64,000 nt of DNA from Acidimicrobiia bacterium. GTDB taxonomy: Bacteria > Actinomycetota > Acidimicrobiia > Spongiisociales > Spongiisociaceae. Positions 18,763 to 28,199 of this stretch are shown here, in pieces (the stretch's first letter is position 1; every line of letters starts with the position of its first letter). Below the pieces are notes generated by a model. That model was given only the letters and a program-made list of their open reading frames with translations, had not been told where the DNA came from and ran no database searches. The translations under genes were made by a program, and so were the position numbers. Where the stretch lies: NCBI GenBank assembly GCA_009841075.1, contig VXMP01000022.1, positions 10,782-74,781 of the forward strand. The letters run 5' to 3'.

Positions 18763-19527
18763 ATGCTCGAAGCAATCCTCTGGGGACTGGTGCAGGGAAT
18801 AACCGAATTCCTACCGGTCTCCTCCAGCGGCCACCTCCGGGTGATCCCCGACCTGTTGGGGATGGAACCGCCCGACCTTTCCACTTCCGCCGTACTACAT
18901 ATCGGCACCTTGGTGGCGGTAATGGCCTACTACCGGCGGGACATTGCCTGGATGCTGGGCGGGCTGGGCCGAGATCGGACCGCTACCTCTATGGTGGTCA
19001 AGTTGGCGGTAGCTACCGTCCCCGCCGCTTTGGTCGGGTTTACGCTGGCTTCGGCGGTGGACCGATTCCAGGATTCGGCACCGGCGGTGGGGGTGGCCCT
19101 GATGGTTACCGGCTTGGTTTTGCTGTTCGGTGGATCCGGATCGGTTAAGAGGGCCGCGGCGGAGGACCTGTCTCTCCAAGACGCCTTGATTATCGGGATG
19201 GTTCAGGCGGTGGCGCTGCTCCCCGGGATATCCCGGTCAGGTGTGGTTATAACCGCCGCCAACCGACGGGGCCTATCTCCGCAGGAATCGGGAAGATTCG
19301 GATTCCTTATGGCTATCCCGGTGATCGCCGGGGCCGGGCTGGGCGAGTTCATGGATATGGGATCCGGTGCCGATCTTTCCCTTGAATTGGTGGTGGGAAC
19401 CGTGGTGGCGGGCGTTGCCGGATTCTGGGCGATCAAGTTCCTGATCGATCGGTTGGCCCGCTCCGGGCTTAGACCGTTCGGCTTCTACTGCATCGGGATC
19501 GGTCTGGTGGCCATGTTCTTCCTTTGA
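18763..19527 (+). CDS. uppP: undecaprenyl-diphosphate phosphatase
   Basis: GITEFLPVSSSGHL and LLPGISRSG BacA/UppP motifs. Confidence 0.9.
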   Translation: MLEAILWGLVQGITEFLPVSSSGHLRVIPDLLGMEPPDLSTSAVLHIGTLVAVMAYYRRDIAWMLGGLGRDRTATSMVVKLAVATVPAALVGFTLASAVDRFQDSAPAVGVALMVTGLVLLFGGSGSVKRAAAEDLSLQDALIIGMVQAVALLPGISRSGVVITAANRRGLSPQESGRFGFLMAIPVIAGAGLGEFMDMGSGADLSLELVVGTVVAGVAGFWAIKFLIDRLARSGLRPFGFYCIGIGLVAMFFL

Positions 19528-19571
19528 TGGGGGAACCTCTCCGACCCTCCGCAGCGTCGGGAGGGCTCGGG

Positions 19572-20663
19572 TCAACCGATCCGCAGCTCGGGATGGGTTC
19601 TGATCTTGGGTCGGGTTTGGATCAGCTTTCGGGCCAGATCATCAAAGGCGTGGGCCGCTTCGCTGCCGGGTGCCGCCACCGTCACCGGCTCTCCTCGGTC
19701 GGCACCGGATCGCATGGCCGGGAGGATGGGAATCTGGGCCAGCAGGTCGGTTCCGGTGTCCTCGGCCAGATCGGCACCCCCACCGGAGCCGAAAATCTCA
19801 TAATGTTTCCCGTCGTCCCCCACGAACCAGCTCATATTCTCGACCACGCCGATGACCTTCTGATCAACCCGATCGGCCATTCGAGCCGCTCGAGAGGCCA
19901 CCCGGCTGGCAGTGGGCTGGGGAGTGGTGACCAGCAGAACCCGGGCTCGGGGCACGAACTGGGAGATCGAAATGGCAATATCTCCGGTTCCGGGCGGCAT
20001 GTCGATCAACAGGAACTCCGGATCGTCCCAGAACACATCGGTTAGGAACTGCTCCAAGGCCTTGTGGAGCATGGGGCCACGCCAGACCACCGCCTGGCCG
20101 TCCGGAACAAAGTAGTCGATGGAGATAACCGACACACCGTAGGCCCGCAACGGGATAATCGAGTCGGCTATCACCGCCGGTGCACCCTCTGCTCCCAACA
20201 TCTTGGGGATGGAATACCCCCAGACATCGGCGTCGATCACCCCCACCGTGTGGCCGAGCGAGGCCAGGCTCACCGCCAGGTTGGTGGTAACCGATGACTT
20301 GCCGACCCCTCCCTTGCCGGAGGACACTGCGATCACATAGGTGGATGAACCGGCGCTCCCGACCGGCTTTTTCTCTCCTCTCACCTGCTCCATCAGCTCG
20401 GCCCGCTGTTCGTCTGTCATCAGCTCATGCTGTATCTGGACCGAACGCACCCCGTCCACCTGCTGCGCGGCAGTGGTGACGGCCTCTATAACGGCGTGGC
20501 CGGGCGGTCCCGGAACGGGAAGCAATACCCCAATCGAAGCCGAACCCAACCGTTTGACTCGGGCGGAGGTGACATAACCCAGCTCGGATAGGGGCCGCAC
20601 CAGGATGGGGTCGATGGTCTGGGCAAGGGCGGTAGTGAGCGCTTCGGTCTTGGAATCTGTCAT
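19572..20663 (-). CDS. mrp: Mrp/NBP35-family Fe-S cluster carrier ATPase (ApbC) with N-terminal DUF59
   Basis: Deviant Walker A AVSSGKGGVGKSS and a CxxC-less Mrp layout. Start placed at ATG 20663 (MTDSKTEAL...), which is uncertain. Confidence 0.88.
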   Translation of the reverse strand: MTDSKTEALTTALAQTIDPILVRPLSELGYVTSARVKRLGSASIGVLLPVPGPPGHAVIEAVTTAAQQVDGVRSVQIQHELMTDEQRAELMEQVRGEKKPVGSAGSSTYVIAVSSGKGGVGKSSVTTNLAVSLASLGHTVGVIDADVWGYSIPKMLGAEGAPAVIADSIIPLRAYGVSVISIDYFVPDGQAVVWRGPMLHKALEQFLTDVFWDDPEFLLIDMPPGTGDIAISISQFVPRARVLLVTTPQPTASRVASRAARMADRVDQKVIGVVENMSWFVGDDGKHYEIFGSGGGADLAEDTGTDLLAQIPILPAMRSGADRGEPVTVAAPGSEAAHAFDDLARKLIQTRPKIRTHPELRIG

Positions 20664-20860
20664 AGCTACCCGGCGGACATAGGAGAAGATGGGCCTCCGA
20701 TGCATTGTAGTTTTATCTAGTGAGTTAAAACTTCGGGCCGGAAAAACCACCGGAGTCCGGTAAACGCCGCGAGCGGCCACCCGTTTATCATCCTGGTATG
20801 TCTGGGCGTGACCAGACGTATTTGATCTAAAAGCCATCGGGCCAGGAGGCTTGACCGACC

Positions 20861-23536
20861 ATGAACAACACCCCCCACCCTTTCAGCGCCGCCCGGGAAA
20901 TAGAAACCCCGCTGGGAAGACGAACCGTCTACGCATTGGACTCGGTCAGAGACCACGGTGACGTGAACTCGCTCCCCTATTCGATCAAAGTTCTGCTGGA
21001 ATCGGCTCTGCGTAAATGTGATGGGCGGGTGGTGACCGAAGAAGACGTGATCGCCCTGGCCTCCTACAACGCCATCAAGGTGCCGGAATCCGAAATCCCC
21101 TTCTCGCCCGGTCGGGTAGTGCTGCAGGACTTCACCGGTGTGCCCGCCATCGTAGATCTGGCCGCCATGAGGGACGCCATCGTTCGTATGACCGGCGATC
21201 CGGACGCGGCCCGGCGGGTCAACCCGCAAGTTCCCTGCGACCTGGTGATCGATCATTCCATCCAGGTGGACACCTTCAACTCCAAGGATGCGCTGCGAAT
21301 CAACTCCCGGCACGAGTTCGAGCGCAACCGGGAACGATACGAGTTCCTCAAATGGGGCCGGTCGGCGTTCGATAACTTCCGGGTGGTACCGCCCGCCACC
21401 GGGATCGTCCACCAGGTCAACCTGGAATACCTGGCCAAAGTGGTTTGGGATGACGGAGCCACCCTTTATCCTGATTCGCTGGTGGGAACCGACTCGCATA
21501 CCACCATGATCAACGGTCTGGGCGTGCTCGGCTGGGGGGTGGGCGGTATCGAAGCGGAAGCCGCCATGGTCGGACAGCCCATCTTCATGCTGGCACCCGA
21601 AGTAGTGGGGGTTCGTCTGACCGGCCGGCTCCCCGAAGGCACCACCGCCACCGACCTGGTGCTGCGGATAACCGAGATCCTGCGGGAGCAGGGGGTGGTG
21701 GGACGCTTTGTCGAGTTCCATGGGCCCGGTCTGGACGCCATGCCGCTCGCTACTCGGGCCACCATCGCCAACATGGCCCCTGAGTACGGTGCCACCTGCG
21801 GTTTCTTCCCCATCGATCAGCATACTCTTGACTATCTGAAGCTGACCGGGCGCTCCCGTGAGCTGATCGAAACCGTCGAACAGTACGCCCTCCTTCAGGG
21901 GCTGTGGCGAGACAACCGCCACGAAATCGTCTATACGGACCTGGTTGATCTGGATATGGGCTCTATCGAGTCCTCCCTGGCCGGCCCCAGGCGACCCCAG
22001 GATCGGATCGCCCTCGGCGCGATGAAAACCCAATGGGCAGAGGACCGGGCCACCACTTTCGCCGGACACGGGCTTGCGGACGGTGCCGAGAACGTGACAG
22101 GCGAAGGCACCACCTTCGACCTGGAAAACGGTGCGGTGGTTATCGCCGCCATCACCAGCTGCACCAACACCTCCAACCCGGAGGTAATGATCGGGGCCGG
22201 GCTGCTGGCCCGCAAGGCCCGACAACTGGGTTTGACCCGCCGGCCCTGGGTTAAAACCTCCCTGGCACCCGGCTCGCGAGTGGTCACCGACTACCTGGAC
22301 CGGTCCGGCCTGACCGAATATCTGGAGGCGCTGGGTTTCTTCAACGTGGGCTACGGATGCACCACCTGCATCGGCAACTCCGGCCCCCTTCCCGAGCCGA
22401 TCGCCCAAGCCATCGAAAGCCACGATCTGGTGGTGGCCTCGGTCCTGTCCGGCAATCGCAATTTCGAAGGTCGGATCAGCCCGCACATCCGGGCCAACTA
22501 TCTGGCCTCCCCACCCCTGGTGGTGGCCTACGCTCTGGCCGGTACGGTGGATATCGACCTGACCGCCGAACCGCTCGGCCAGGACGATTCCGGCCACGAT
22601 GTTTATCTAAGAGATATCTGGCCCTCGCCGAACGAGATAGCCGAGATCGCCTCCCGTTCTATCTCCGCCGACCAATTCACCCGACAGTATGCGACCGTGT
22701 TCGACGGATCCGCCGAATGGCAGGCGATCACCACCGAGTCCTCCAGCCTGTTCAACTGGGATTCCTCCAGCACCTATATCCAAGCCCCTCCCTTCTTCGA
22801 CGGCTTGACCATGGAGCCGGACGAAATCGAACCGATCCATGGTGCCCGGGTGCTGGTGATGGTGGGCGATTCGGTCACTACCGACCATATTTCCCCGGCC
22901 GGTTCCATACCCTCCGACACCCCGGCGGGCCGCTTCCTGACCGAAGCCGGGGTGCCTACCCTGGCCTTCAACAGCTACGGCTCCCGGCGAGGCAATGACC
23001 GGATCATGGCCCGGGGAACCTTCGCCAACCTGCGGGTCAAGAACCGTTTGGCCCCGGGAACCGAAGGCGGCTGGACTACCGACTTCACCGACGGACAGGT
23101 CAAAACCATCTTTGAGGCCTCGCTCAGCTACCGAGCCGCCGGCACCCCCTCCATCGTGATCGCCGGGATCGATTACGGAATGGGGTCCAGTCGGGACTGG
23201 GCGGCCAAAGGCCCGTTCCTGTTGGGGGTGAAGGCCGTGATCGCCGAAAGCTACGAACGGATCCATCGATCCAACTTGGTAGGCATGGGGATACTCCCCC
23301 TGGAGTTCATGCCAGGAGACAACGCCGATTCCCTCGGCCTGGACGGCACGGAAACCTTCGACATCCAAGTAGACAACTCCATGCGTCCTAGACAAGAGGT
23401 AAGGGTGACGGCTAGAAAAGCGGACGGCACACAGGTGGACATTACGACCATGTCCCGAGTGGACACCCCGGTAGAAGTCGACTACTACCGCAACGGCGGC
23501 ATCCTCCACACCGTCCTGAAGGAGATGGCCGGCTAG
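20861..23536 (+). CDS. acnA: aconitate hydratase A
   Basis: 891 aa. Aconitase blocks [41 protein letters not shown] and NFEGR. Confidence 0.95.
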   Translation: MNNTPHPFSAAREIETPLGRRTVYALDSVRDHGDVNSLPYSIKVLLESALRKCDGRVVTEEDVIALASYNAIKVPESEIPFSPGRVVLQDFTGVPAIVDLAAMRDAIVRMTGDPDAARRVNPQVPCDLVIDHSIQVDTFNSKDALRINSRHEFERNRERYEFLKWGRSAFDNFRVVPPATGIVHQVNLEYLAKVVWDDGATLYPDSLVGTDSHTTMINGLGVLGWGVGGIEAEAAMVGQPIFMLAPEVVGVRLTGRLPEGTTATDLVLRITEILREQGVVGRFVEFHGPGLDAMPLATRATIANMAPEYGATCGFFPIDQHTLDYLKLTGRSRELIETVEQYALLQGLWRDNRHEIVYTDLVDLDMGSIESSLAGPRRPQDRIALGAMKTQWAEDRATTFAGHGLADGAENVTGEGTTFDLENGAVVIAAITSCTNTSNPEVMIGAGLLARKARQLGLTRRPWVKTSLAPGSRVVTDYLDRSGLTEYLEALGFFNVGYGCTTCIGNSGPLPEPIAQAIESHDLVVASVLSGNRNFEGRISPHIRANYLASPPLVVAYALAGTVDIDLTAEPLGQDDSGHDVYLRDIWPSPNEIAEIASRSISADQFTRQYATVFDGSAEWQAITTESSSLFNWDSSSTYIQAPPFFDGLTMEPDEIEPIHGARVLVMVGDSVTTDHISPAGSIPSDTPAGRFLTEAGVPTLAFNSYGSRRGNDRIMARGTFANLRVKNRLAPGTEGGWTTDFTDGQVKTIFEASLSYRAAGTPSIVIAGIDYGMGSSRDWAAKGPFLLGVKAVIAESYERIHRSNLVGMGILPLEFMPGDNADSLGLDGTETFDIQVDNSMRPRQEVRVTARKADGTQVDITTMSRVDTPVEVDYYRNGGILHTVLKEMAG

Positions 23537-23545
23537 CGCCTTCCT

Positions 23546-24445
23546 ATGGTTCCTCGGTTCGCATTCCTGGTTGTCATCGCCATCATTTTGTTGACCGCCT
23601 GCTTCAGCAGCGCGACTGACCCCTTACCCACCACCAGCCGCCCCAGACCTACCATCACAACCACCACCCACCCGGAACCCACCACGACCACTACCGACCG
23701 GACTACTACTACTACCACCCGACCGACCACAACCACCGTGGCGGCCGTTACCACCGTTGGAACCGTCGCGACCTCAACCACCTCCACCGTTGCCACCACC
23801 CTGCCCCCGACTACCACGGTTCCGGCCAATCCCGGTGATGCTGTCTCCTGTGTGGACTTTGACACCTGGGAGGCGGCTCAGACCTGGTTCGACACCTACT
23901 CACCCCATTACGGTGACATTGCCTACCTGGACACCAACGAAAACGGAGTGGCCTGCGAGAAGCTACTACCCGAAGGGGTAACTGCCGCAAACGTCGCCAC
24001 CACCACAACCACCAGGTTGACAACTACCACCACCGCCCAACCGGCCACAACCACCACGACCCGGCCGGCTACTACTACCACCCGACGAACCACTACCACC
24101 ACACGTGCTCCGGCCCGGTCTCCGTTCACATACAACGAAATGGAATTCATCAACGAGAGCTTGGTTTTCCTGGGCCTGGGCGGAGGTGGGTTCTACCGTG
24201 ACGGCATAGATACCACCGGAGACGGCCGCGCAGACACAGCCTGGGACGATCCTGCCGCGAGAATATACATCACCGACGCCCGCGAGGCCATTCGCGAAAC
24301 ACGGACCATATGTGAATCCATCAAAACCGGAGCGGCCGAGATTGGATGGACCGCAGAGGAAGCTTTGCGTTACGGACTGGAAACCGGCCGCCTAACAGAG
24401 ATCGAATACCTGGTCGGTTCTCTAGCAGTTGCCTACCTCTGTTGA
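23546..24445 (+). CDS. lipoprotein with Excalibur calcium-binding domain flanked by Thr/Pro-rich linkers
   Basis: Signal peptide with lipobox LLTAC. CVDFDTWEAAQTWF...LDTNENGVACE matches the Excalibur DxDxDGxxCE-type loop. Two long poly-Thr tracts. Confidence 0.75.
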   Translation: MVPRFAFLVVIAIILLTACFSSATDPLPTTSRPRPTITTTTHPEPTTTTTDRTTTTTTRPTTTTVAAVTTVGTVATSTTSTVATTLPPTTTVPANPGDAVSCVDFDTWEAAQTWFDTYSPHYGDIAYLDTNENGVACEKLLPEGVTAANVATTTTTRLTTTTTAQPATTTTTRPATTTTRRTTTTTRAPARSPFTYNEMEFINESLVFLGLGGGGFYRDGIDTTGDGRADTAWDDPAARIYITDAREAIRETRTICESIKTGAAEIGWTAEEALRYGLETGRLTEIEYLVGSLAVAYLC

Positions 24446-24687
24446 TCTGTCAGGTACTTCAATAAACGTTTTGTCGTCGGTAGCAGTTAGCCACGCTAAA
24501 TGCCCGCTGCCCTCCAGGGTTACCAGCCCACGTGGATCCCGTGGGGCACCTTCTACGACACAAGTCCCAAGTGCCTGCTTTTGGTTTCAATGACAGAATC
24601 ATTCCGTTATGACATAATCATTCAGGCCCTAAACCGGTGTGCGCGATAATGTCATATCTTATGTTTCGCCAGGTAAACCCCATGCGA

Positions 24688-25926
24688 TCAAGCTGCTTTG
24701 GCTGCCCCGGCCACCTTTCTGATGTCCGTCTTGCCGGTGGCGCGTAGGGGCATCCAGCTAACCACCTTCTTGAATCCCTCGTTGACCAAGAAGAAGGTCG
24801 TAAGAGAATAGAGTGCCACGAAGAACGCCACTATCAAGAGGCGGGCCGTGTTGGTTTCCTGTACCGCCCGGTCGGCCAGGTAACCCAAACCGGCAGAGAA
24901 ACCCAGGAACTCGGCGACGATCGCCAGCGACCAACTACCTCCTATGGCGAGCAGTAGGGCGGTGCGCAGTTCCGGAATCGACCCCGGCACTATCACCTTG
25001 TAATAGGTGTGCAGCCGGGAGGCACCCAGGGTACGGGCGCTTTCGATGTAGCGATCGGGCACGTTGGCTACCGCATTCATAGTGGCCACCACCAGGATGG
25101 TCCACACTCCGAAGGCGATATAGATGGTGATCCCCAAGAAGTTGGCACCCAGTACCAGCTGCAACCAGGGTGCCGCCACCAGCAGGGGGATCATCCGCAG
25201 GAAGTTCATGGGTGCCCACGCCGTCTTGCGCACCGCCGGCCAGTAGGGAAGCGCCAGACCGGTCAGGAGACCCAGCGTCATGCCGACCACTATGCCGGAC
25301 AACAGCCTGAGCAGGGTCACAACGGAGTGGAAGGCGATGGCGAGGAAAGCCCCCGTCCAGGTGGGTTCTCCACGGAAGATGGGAAGGGGTGCCAGCCTTT
25401 CGAAATTGAAGGCAACGAAGCCGAAGTCGGCACCACTGACCGTCCAGAACCTGGACATTCCGAAGAGGGTGTCACCGAACACATAATCCCATCCTGGTAC
25501 CAGAGGATGCTCAAGAGTTCCGTGGGGCACTACATAAGAGGCCACCTGCCACGCCACCATCAACCCCACCCAGGCGACGAAAAAGAGCGGGCTGCGGCGC
25601 ATGCCTACCCACAGCATCGACGGCACCCTCCCTATTCCCCGTCCCGCCCTGAGCAGACCGTTCTTGACCCGGGTGGTACGGAAAGCCACCGGCCAGACCC
25701 AGAACAATACCGACCCCAAAACAATGTAAGACCAGGTGACGTGGGTCACCCCCTCGCGATGGGTCCAGGTAACCAAAGGAAGGCTTTCGGGCAACCGGAT
25801 GAGCAACCACAGGATGAGTACGGCCCAGATCGGCCAGGCGATCCAAAACAGGCTGCGGAGGAGAACCGGTCGATTCCAACCATGGTCGCCCCCGCTTCGG
25901 CCTTCAGTTGACATAGTCCACCCCAC
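24688..25926 (-). CDS. ABC transporter permease (NitT/TauT-like) with an N-terminal extension of about 150 aa
   Basis: Binding-protein-dependent transport (BPD) permease signature ESARTLGASRLHTYYKVIVPGSIPEL. Extra N-terminal TM segments. Confidence 0.8.
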   Translation of the reverse strand: MGWTMSTEGRSGGDHGWNRPVLLRSLFWIAWPIWAVLILWLLIRLPESLPLVTWTHREGVTHVTWSYIVLGSVLFWVWPVAFRTTRVKNGLLRAGRGIGRVPSMLWVGMRRSPLFFVAWVGLMVAWQVASYVVPHGTLEHPLVPGWDYVFGDTLFGMSRFWTVSGADFGFVAFNFERLAPLPIFRGEPTWTGAFLAIAFHSVVTLLRLLSGIVVGMTLGLLTGLALPYWPAVRKTAWAPMNFLRMIPLLVAAPWLQLVLGANFLGITIYIAFGVWTILVVATMNAVANVPDRYIESARTLGASRLHTYYKVIVPGSIPELRTALLLAIGGSWSLAIVAEFLGFSAGLGYLADRAVQETNTARLLIVAFFVALYSLTTFFLVNEGFKKVVSWMPLRATGKTDIRKVAGAAKAA

Positions 25927-26877
25927 CTACAAACCCAGTTGGCGGCCGCCCTCGGACCATCTGGTGAAAGAGCGTATAACCACTACCAGTAGCACATCGA
26001 CTACCACAGCCAACACGCCGAAGAACAGAATCAGACCAACCACCGCAGTCGCCCCCTCCGAGCGGCCAACCACGTAGCTGAACATGCGAATCAGGAATCC
26101 TCCCCCCATCTGCGGTCCCAGCACCTCCACCAGCGTCCCCAAACCCCAGGCACCTCCCAAGGCGATCCGAAAACCTCCCGCGATCTCCGGAACCGTTCCC
26201 CGCAGGTACACCCACCGGAATATGGTACGGCGGTCGCCCCCCAGGGTGAGGGCTGATTCGATGATCCCCGCCGGTATGTTCTCGGCCGCCCGGCGGGTGA
26301 AAAAATACATAAGAAGGGTGGTGTAGAAGGCAACCACCCCGATGGTGGTCAAGAGGGGATAGTCGATCCCGAACCAGATCACGAAAAAGGGGGCCACAAT
26401 AAAGATGGGGGTAGTACCGAAGAAACCGGCTACCGGCGTGACCAAATCGGCAATCCACGGTATAAGCAGGGTGCTCAGCCCGACTCCCAGGCCGATCACC
26501 GTGCCCAAACCCACTGCGATCAGGATATTGCGGGTGGTGTGCAACAGATGGAGGATGTACCCGAAACAGTAATCGGGCAGACTGGAAAGCCTCCCCCTTC
26601 GGAACTCCAATCCGGCCGCCAGATCAGGACAGGCATGCACAAACCTATCCCTCATCGGCTCGCTGAAAATCAGGTTGTCCAGGAAGTGGTTGACCGCCTC
26701 GATCGGCGAAGGAATAAGAGAGGAAAGGGGCGAAAAGGGGGCGGCCCACAGCTGCCAGACCAGAAGAAACAGCACCATCCCCAAAACCAGATGGAAGAGG
26801 TGGGAAACCCGATGCCGCCGCCTGTTACGGCGCGCCGCCGCCCTAACTTCCAGAACATCGGTGCTGGTGGTGGTCAC
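25927..26877 (-). CDS. ABC transporter permease (NitT/TauT-like)
   Basis: ESALTLGGDRRTIFRWVYLRGTVPEI EAA-loop region. GTG start. Abuts the next permease with no gap. Confidence 0.8.
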   Translation of the reverse strand: MTTTSTDVLEVRAAARRNRRRHRVSHLFHLVLGMVLFLLVWQLWAAPFSPLSSLIPSPIEAVNHFLDNLIFSEPMRDRFVHACPDLAAGLEFRRGRLSSLPDYCFGYILHLLHTTRNILIAVGLGTVIGLGVGLSTLLIPWIADLVTPVAGFFGTTPIFIVAPFFVIWFGIDYPLLTTIGVVAFYTTLLMYFFTRRAAENIPAGIIESALTLGGDRRTIFRWVYLRGTVPEIAGGFRIALGGAWGLGTLVEVLGPQMGGGFLIRMFSYVVGRSEGATAVVGLILFFGVLAVVVDVLLVVVIRSFTRWSEGGRQLGL

Positions 26878-26995
26878 GGTACTTCTAAGCCGTCCTCCTG
26901 ATCTTTGGGGTGGAACTGGTCTCGGACGCTAGGCCCGGAGGGTGTTTTAATCGACCCTAGAGCCGACAACCCTTACCAAAATACCCGGATTGTTT

Positions 26996-27214
26996 TCAGT
27001 GACCGTGGTGCTCGTGGGTATCGCACTCATGCATATCATGAACATGGCCAAACTCATCACCATGATGCTCATGCGTGTCGCACTCGTGCGCGTCATGCTC
27101 GTGCTCATCGGCATGGTGCTCATGGCCATCGCACTCGTGCATATCATGAACGTGGCCTTCTTCGTGGCCATGGTGTTCGTGAGTGTCGCACTCGTGCGTG
27201 TCGTGCATTTTCAT
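26996..27214 (-). CDS. small His/Cys/Asp/Glu-rich repeat protein (putative metal-binding)
   Basis: 72 aa with 25 His, 4 Cys and 23 Asp/Glu, arranged as 4x HECD(T/G)HEHH. AAGGAGG lies 5 nt upstream of the ATG. Confidence 0.7.
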   Translation of the reverse strand: MKMHDTHECDTHEHHGHEEGHVHDMHECDGHEHHADEHEHDAHECDTHEHHGDEFGHVHDMHECDTHEHHGH

Positions 27215-27324
27215 CCGGGCCTCCTTTCGGTGCCAACGGACCTCTAACCAAGATCGGTCTCTTAATGCGGTGCTTGATCAAAGGTTGGGTTCCAAGTTTA
27301 ACAGACACCGGTCCGGTTGACCTT

Positions 27325-28092
27325 TCAGCAAACCTGGTTGACGAGAAAAACCCCTCCTGCGAAGTCCGCCGCCACGATCATGTCGCCCAGCGGGGTGGTG
27401 AACGGCCCGTTCATGACGGCGCCGCCCAGTTCTTCCACCTTGGAAGCGGTTTCTTTTACGTCCGCCGTAGCGAAATAGGTGCACCAAGAAGGCGGGACGT
27501 TTTCGGGTGGTGTCATGACACCGGCGACTATCTCTCCGGCGGCTTTGAGCAAGGTATATGACATCGGACCCATGTCGGTCGGTTCGGAATCCAAACCGAA
27601 TACGGTCGCCAAGAACTGAGTCGCCGACCCGACATCGGGCACATATAGTTCGCTCCAGCTCAAAGACCCAGGTTCTTTGATGAGCTGCGCACCGCGGTGG
27701 TCTCCCGCCTGCCATATTCCGAACGCAGCACCCTGGTTGTCCAAAATATAGGCCATCCGCCCGGCGTTCATCACCTCTTCCGGTTCCATCAGACCGGTTC
27801 CCCCACACTCGATCGCCCTTTTATAGACCTCGTCTACCGAATCGGCCGCCAGGTAGGTGTTCCAGACCGACCGAAGGCCCATGTCCAAAATCTCCTGGGG
27901 AGCCGGTCCCAGACCCGCCACTGTGTGGCCGTCTTTTTGGGCCATCGAGTAGGTGAAGCCCTGCCGGGTGGGCACTTCCTCCCAGGTCCAACCGAACAGC
28001 CCTCCATAAAAGGCTTGGGCACCCGCTATATCTGCGGCGCTCAGGTCAACCCAGCAGGGCTCCCCTTGGGTATATCCGTCTCGGTGCGGCAT
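27325..28092 (-). CDS. VOC (glyoxalase/bleomycin-resistance) family protein, two-domain
   Basis: GEPCWVDLSAADIAGAQAFYGGLFGW and a second repeat GSLSWSELYVPDVGSATQFLATVFG. Confidence 0.8.
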   Translation of the reverse strand: MPHRDGYTQGEPCWVDLSAADIAGAQAFYGGLFGWTWEEVPTRQGFTYSMAQKDGHTVAGLGPAPQEILDMGLRSVWNTYLAADSVDEVYKRAIECGGTGLMEPEEVMNAGRMAYILDNQGAAFGIWQAGDHRGAQLIKEPGSLSWSELYVPDVGSATQFLATVFGLDSEPTDMGPMSYTLLKAAGEIVAGVMTPPENVPPSWCTYFATADVKETASKVEELGGAVMNGPFTTPLGDMIVAADFAGGVFLVNQVC

Positions 28093-28199
28093 CTTCTATA
28101 TCCCTCCGAATTGTCTTTGAAGTCCGAATAGATCAGCAGACCGGTCCGGGATTCGACACCTGTTCCTAACCGGATACTGAACCGAACTAGCCTAGTCTC

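Noticed and set aside
20717-22597. 626-aa ORF antisense to the aconitase gene
   Set aside because: It is a mirror ORF of a well-supported gene in high-GC DNA. Its composition is Gly/Arg/Pro/Val-rich, and it has no motifs or SD.
23640-24120. ACC-rich tandem low-complexity DNA, considered as a possible CRISPR or VNTR array
   Set aside because: It has no repeat-spacer periodicity. It encodes the poly-Thr linkers of a signal-peptide-bearing ORF. The Val-rich antisense ORFs 23533..23865 and 23923..24153 are mirrors.
26990-27247. 85-aa very hydrophobic plus-strand ORF (Val/Met/Leu-rich) opposite the His-rich gene, and the Met/Ser/Thr-rich minus-frame ORF 26947..27171
   Set aside because: Val and Met codons are the reverse complement of CAC/CAT His codons, so the hydrophobic ORF is a mirror artefact. 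Only the His-rich frame has a canonical SD at the correct spacing.
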